Shown here: one piece after another, positions 14,695-16,416 of the stretch
Position numbering within the stretch: the stretch's first letter is position 1
Layout: each line of letters opens with the position of its first letter
NCBI GenBank assembly: GCA_038217285.1
Contig: JBBQPO010000133.1
Span: forward strand, 1-16,416
Source: Chthonomonadales bacterium
GTDB taxonomy: Bacteria > Armatimonadota > Chthonomonadetes > Chthonomonadales > Chthonomonadaceae
DNA length: 16,416 nucleotides
Direction: 5' to 3'
Notes under the pieces: generated by a model
Told to the model about the DNA's origin: nothing
Databases searched by the model: none
What the model saw: only the letters and a program-made list of their open reading frames with translations
Translations under genes and position numbers: made by a program

Positions 14695-16416
14695 CTATTC
14701 CACTGTGACGCTTTTGGCGAGGTTGCGGGGCTGGTCTATCTCGCAGCCTCGGACACGGGCGACATGATAGGCGAGCAGTTGCATCGGCACCATAGCCACG
14801 ATCGGCATGAGCGCGTCCAGGGTCGGAGGAACGGAGATGACCGAGTCGGAGCCGTCAGGGATAAGGTCGCCGTCGCGGATGACGCTGATGACCGTGCCCT
14901 CGCGGGCTTTGACCTCTTTGAGGTTGCTGTACATCTTCTCATTGGTGGCCGTCTGTGTGCAGAAGCCGATGACCGCCACGCCAGGCTCGACGAGCGCGAG
15001 CGGACCGTGCTTCATCTCCCCGGCCGGATAGGCTTCGGCATGCAGGTAGGAGATCTCCTTAAGTTTGAGGGCCGCCTCCAGCGCGGCGGCGAAGTCGTAG
15101 CCGCGCCCGAGATAGAAGAAACTGCTGTGGCTGGCCAGCGATTCGGCGAGCGCAGCGATCTGCGGCTCCCGCCGCAGGCACTCTTCGATCAGGGCCGGCA
15201 GCTCCCGGAGCGCGGTCGCGAAGGCAGCGAGGGAAGGCGTCGCGAGTTCCACGCCTTCGCCGCCTCCCCGGACGGTGCGGCGAGCAGGCTCGTCGCCCTC
15301 CAGTTGGGCGAGAAACAGGCAGAGCAGCGCGAGCGCGGTCAACTGGGCCATATAGGCCTTGGTCGAGGCGACGCCGATCTCGGGGCCAGCCTGCGTAAGC
15401 AGCGCCGCGTCGGCCTCGCGGGCGAGCGAACTGCCGACGACGTTGACGATCGCCAGCGTGGTCGCGCCCTTCCCTTTCGCTTCCCGCATCGCGGCTAGCG
15501 TGTCCGCCGTCTCCCCGGACTGCGAGACGAGAATGACCAGCGTATCCTCGCCGACCAGCGGATCGCTGTAGCGGAACTCGCTCGCGACCGTTACCTCGAC
15601 CGGACGACGCAAGACCTGCTCGAACAGCCGTTTCCCAACGACCCCCGCATGATAGGCCGTGCCGCAGCCGACGATGGAGATCCGCCGAAACCGCTGCCAG
15701 TCCTCGGCTGTGAAGGGAATATTCGGCAGCGACACCGTATCGTTCGCGCCCAGACGACCCCGCAGAGTGTCCCGAATGGTACGCGGCTCCTCATGGATCT
15801 CTTTGAGCATGAAGTGCGGATAGCCGTTCTTTTCGGCGGCGGCATCGTCCCAGGTCACCTCCAGGGTCTCGCGCACGACGGGCGCGCCCTCCAGGTCGGT
15901 GACGACGACACGGTTCGCAGAGAGCGTGGCGAAATCGCCGTCTTCCAACAGCAGAACGCAGCGCGTATAGTGCATCACGGCGGGAATGTCGGAGGCCAGG
16001 AAGTTTTCGCCGTCGCCGAGGCCGATGATGAGCGGCGAGTCTTTCCGCGCGACGAAAATGGTGTCCGGCACCTCCTGCGAAACGACCGCGATGGCGTAGG
16101 AGCCGGTGACCCGGTGGAGGGCGGCGCGCACCGCGTCCGCGAAGCTTTCGGCATCCAGGCCGGGCTGTGTCTTCGCTCCGGCGGCTTCGGTGGGCTGCGC
16201 GGGGAGATAGGACTCGATCAGGTGCGCCAGCACCTCGGTATCGGTCTCCGACGTGAAGTGGTGACCGGCGACGAGCAGCTCGCGGCGCAGTTCGGCGTAG
16301 TTCTCGATAATACCATTGTGCACGACGGCGAGTTGCCCGGTGCAGTCGCGGTGCGGATGGGCGTTGGCCTCATTGGGTCGGCCGTGCGTCGCCCAGCGCG
16401 TGTGCGCGATGGCGAC
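14695..16416 (-). CDS. glmS: Glutamine--fructose-6-phosphate aminotransferase (isomerizing), 5'-partial
   Basis: Frame open from the window edge: IAHTRWATHGRPNEANAHPH, VVHNGIIENY, SETDTEV, YPHFMLKEIHE, GCGTAYHAG, SQSGETADT, GPEIGVASTKAY, ALEAALKLKEISYLHAEAYPAGEMKHGP, and C-terminal PRNLAKSVTVE. Confidence 0.98.
   Translation of the reverse strand, partial: VAIAHTRWATHGRPNEANAHPHRDCTGQLAVVHNGIIENYAELRRELLVAGHHFTSETDTEVLAHLIESYLPAQPTEAAGAKTQPGLDAESFADAVRAALHRVTGSYAIAVVSQEVPDTIFVARKDSPLIIGLGDGENFLASDIPAVMHYTRCVLLLEDGDFATLSANRVVVTDLEGAPVVRETLEVTWDDAAAEKNGYPHFMLKEIHEEPRTIRDTLRGRLGANDTVSLPNIPFTAEDWQRFRRISIVGCGTAYHAGVVGKRLFEQVLRRPVEVTVASEFRYSDPLVGEDTLVILVSQSGETADTLAAMREAKGKGATTLAIVNVVGSSLAREADAALLTQAGPEIGVASTKAYMAQLTALALLCLFLAQLEGDEPARRTVRGGGEGVELATPSLAAFATALRELPALIEECLRREPQIAALAESLASHSSFFYLGRGYDFAAALEAALKLKEISYLHAEAYPAGEMKHGPLALVEPGVAVIGFCTQTATNEKMYSNLKEVKAREGTVISVIRDGDLIPDGSDSVISVPPTLDALMPIVAMVPMQLLAYHVARVRGCEIDQPRNLAKSVTVE

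Noticed and set aside
16300-16416. glmS ribozyme
   Set aside because: The glmS 5' end and leader lie outside the window, so this cannot be assessed.

Overview
GC-rich bacterial window. The gene content (LacI + DUF1559/H-X9-DG prepilin + small membrane proteins) resembles Armatimonadota/PVC-type genomes; this taxonomic hint is inference only. From left to right: (1) a 3'-incomplete minus-strand gene absent from the ORF track (1693 to <2), with an N-terminal CxxC-x9-CxxC zinc ribbon, a Pro/Ala-rich linker with 36-bp tandem repeats and a multi-TM C-terminus, behind a perfect TTGACA-17-TATAAT promoter; the first ~110 nt look like an unrelated SoxG/GcvT-like fragment (probable junction or chimera). 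(2) A divergent addB-like gene with Walker A and all four Fe-S cysteines, but a degenerate nuclease site (DYK->TYR, QLxxY->QLPLG) and no adjacent addA. (3) A six-gene plus-strand cluster behind a strong promoter and a 20-bp LacI-type operator: LacI regulator, small membrane protein, DUF1559/H-X9-DG prepilin-like protein, membrane-anchored TPR protein, small membrane protein, and FG-GAP/ASPIC-UnbV (CRTAC1-like) lipoprotein. This is a candidate ligand-inducible, pilin-based surface module with no enzymes or transporters. (4) A convergent, lower-GC secreted/outer-membrane-like hypothetical gene with a large helical insertion. (5) 5'-partial glmS. No rRNA, tRNA, CRISPR or mobile-element genes were recognised.
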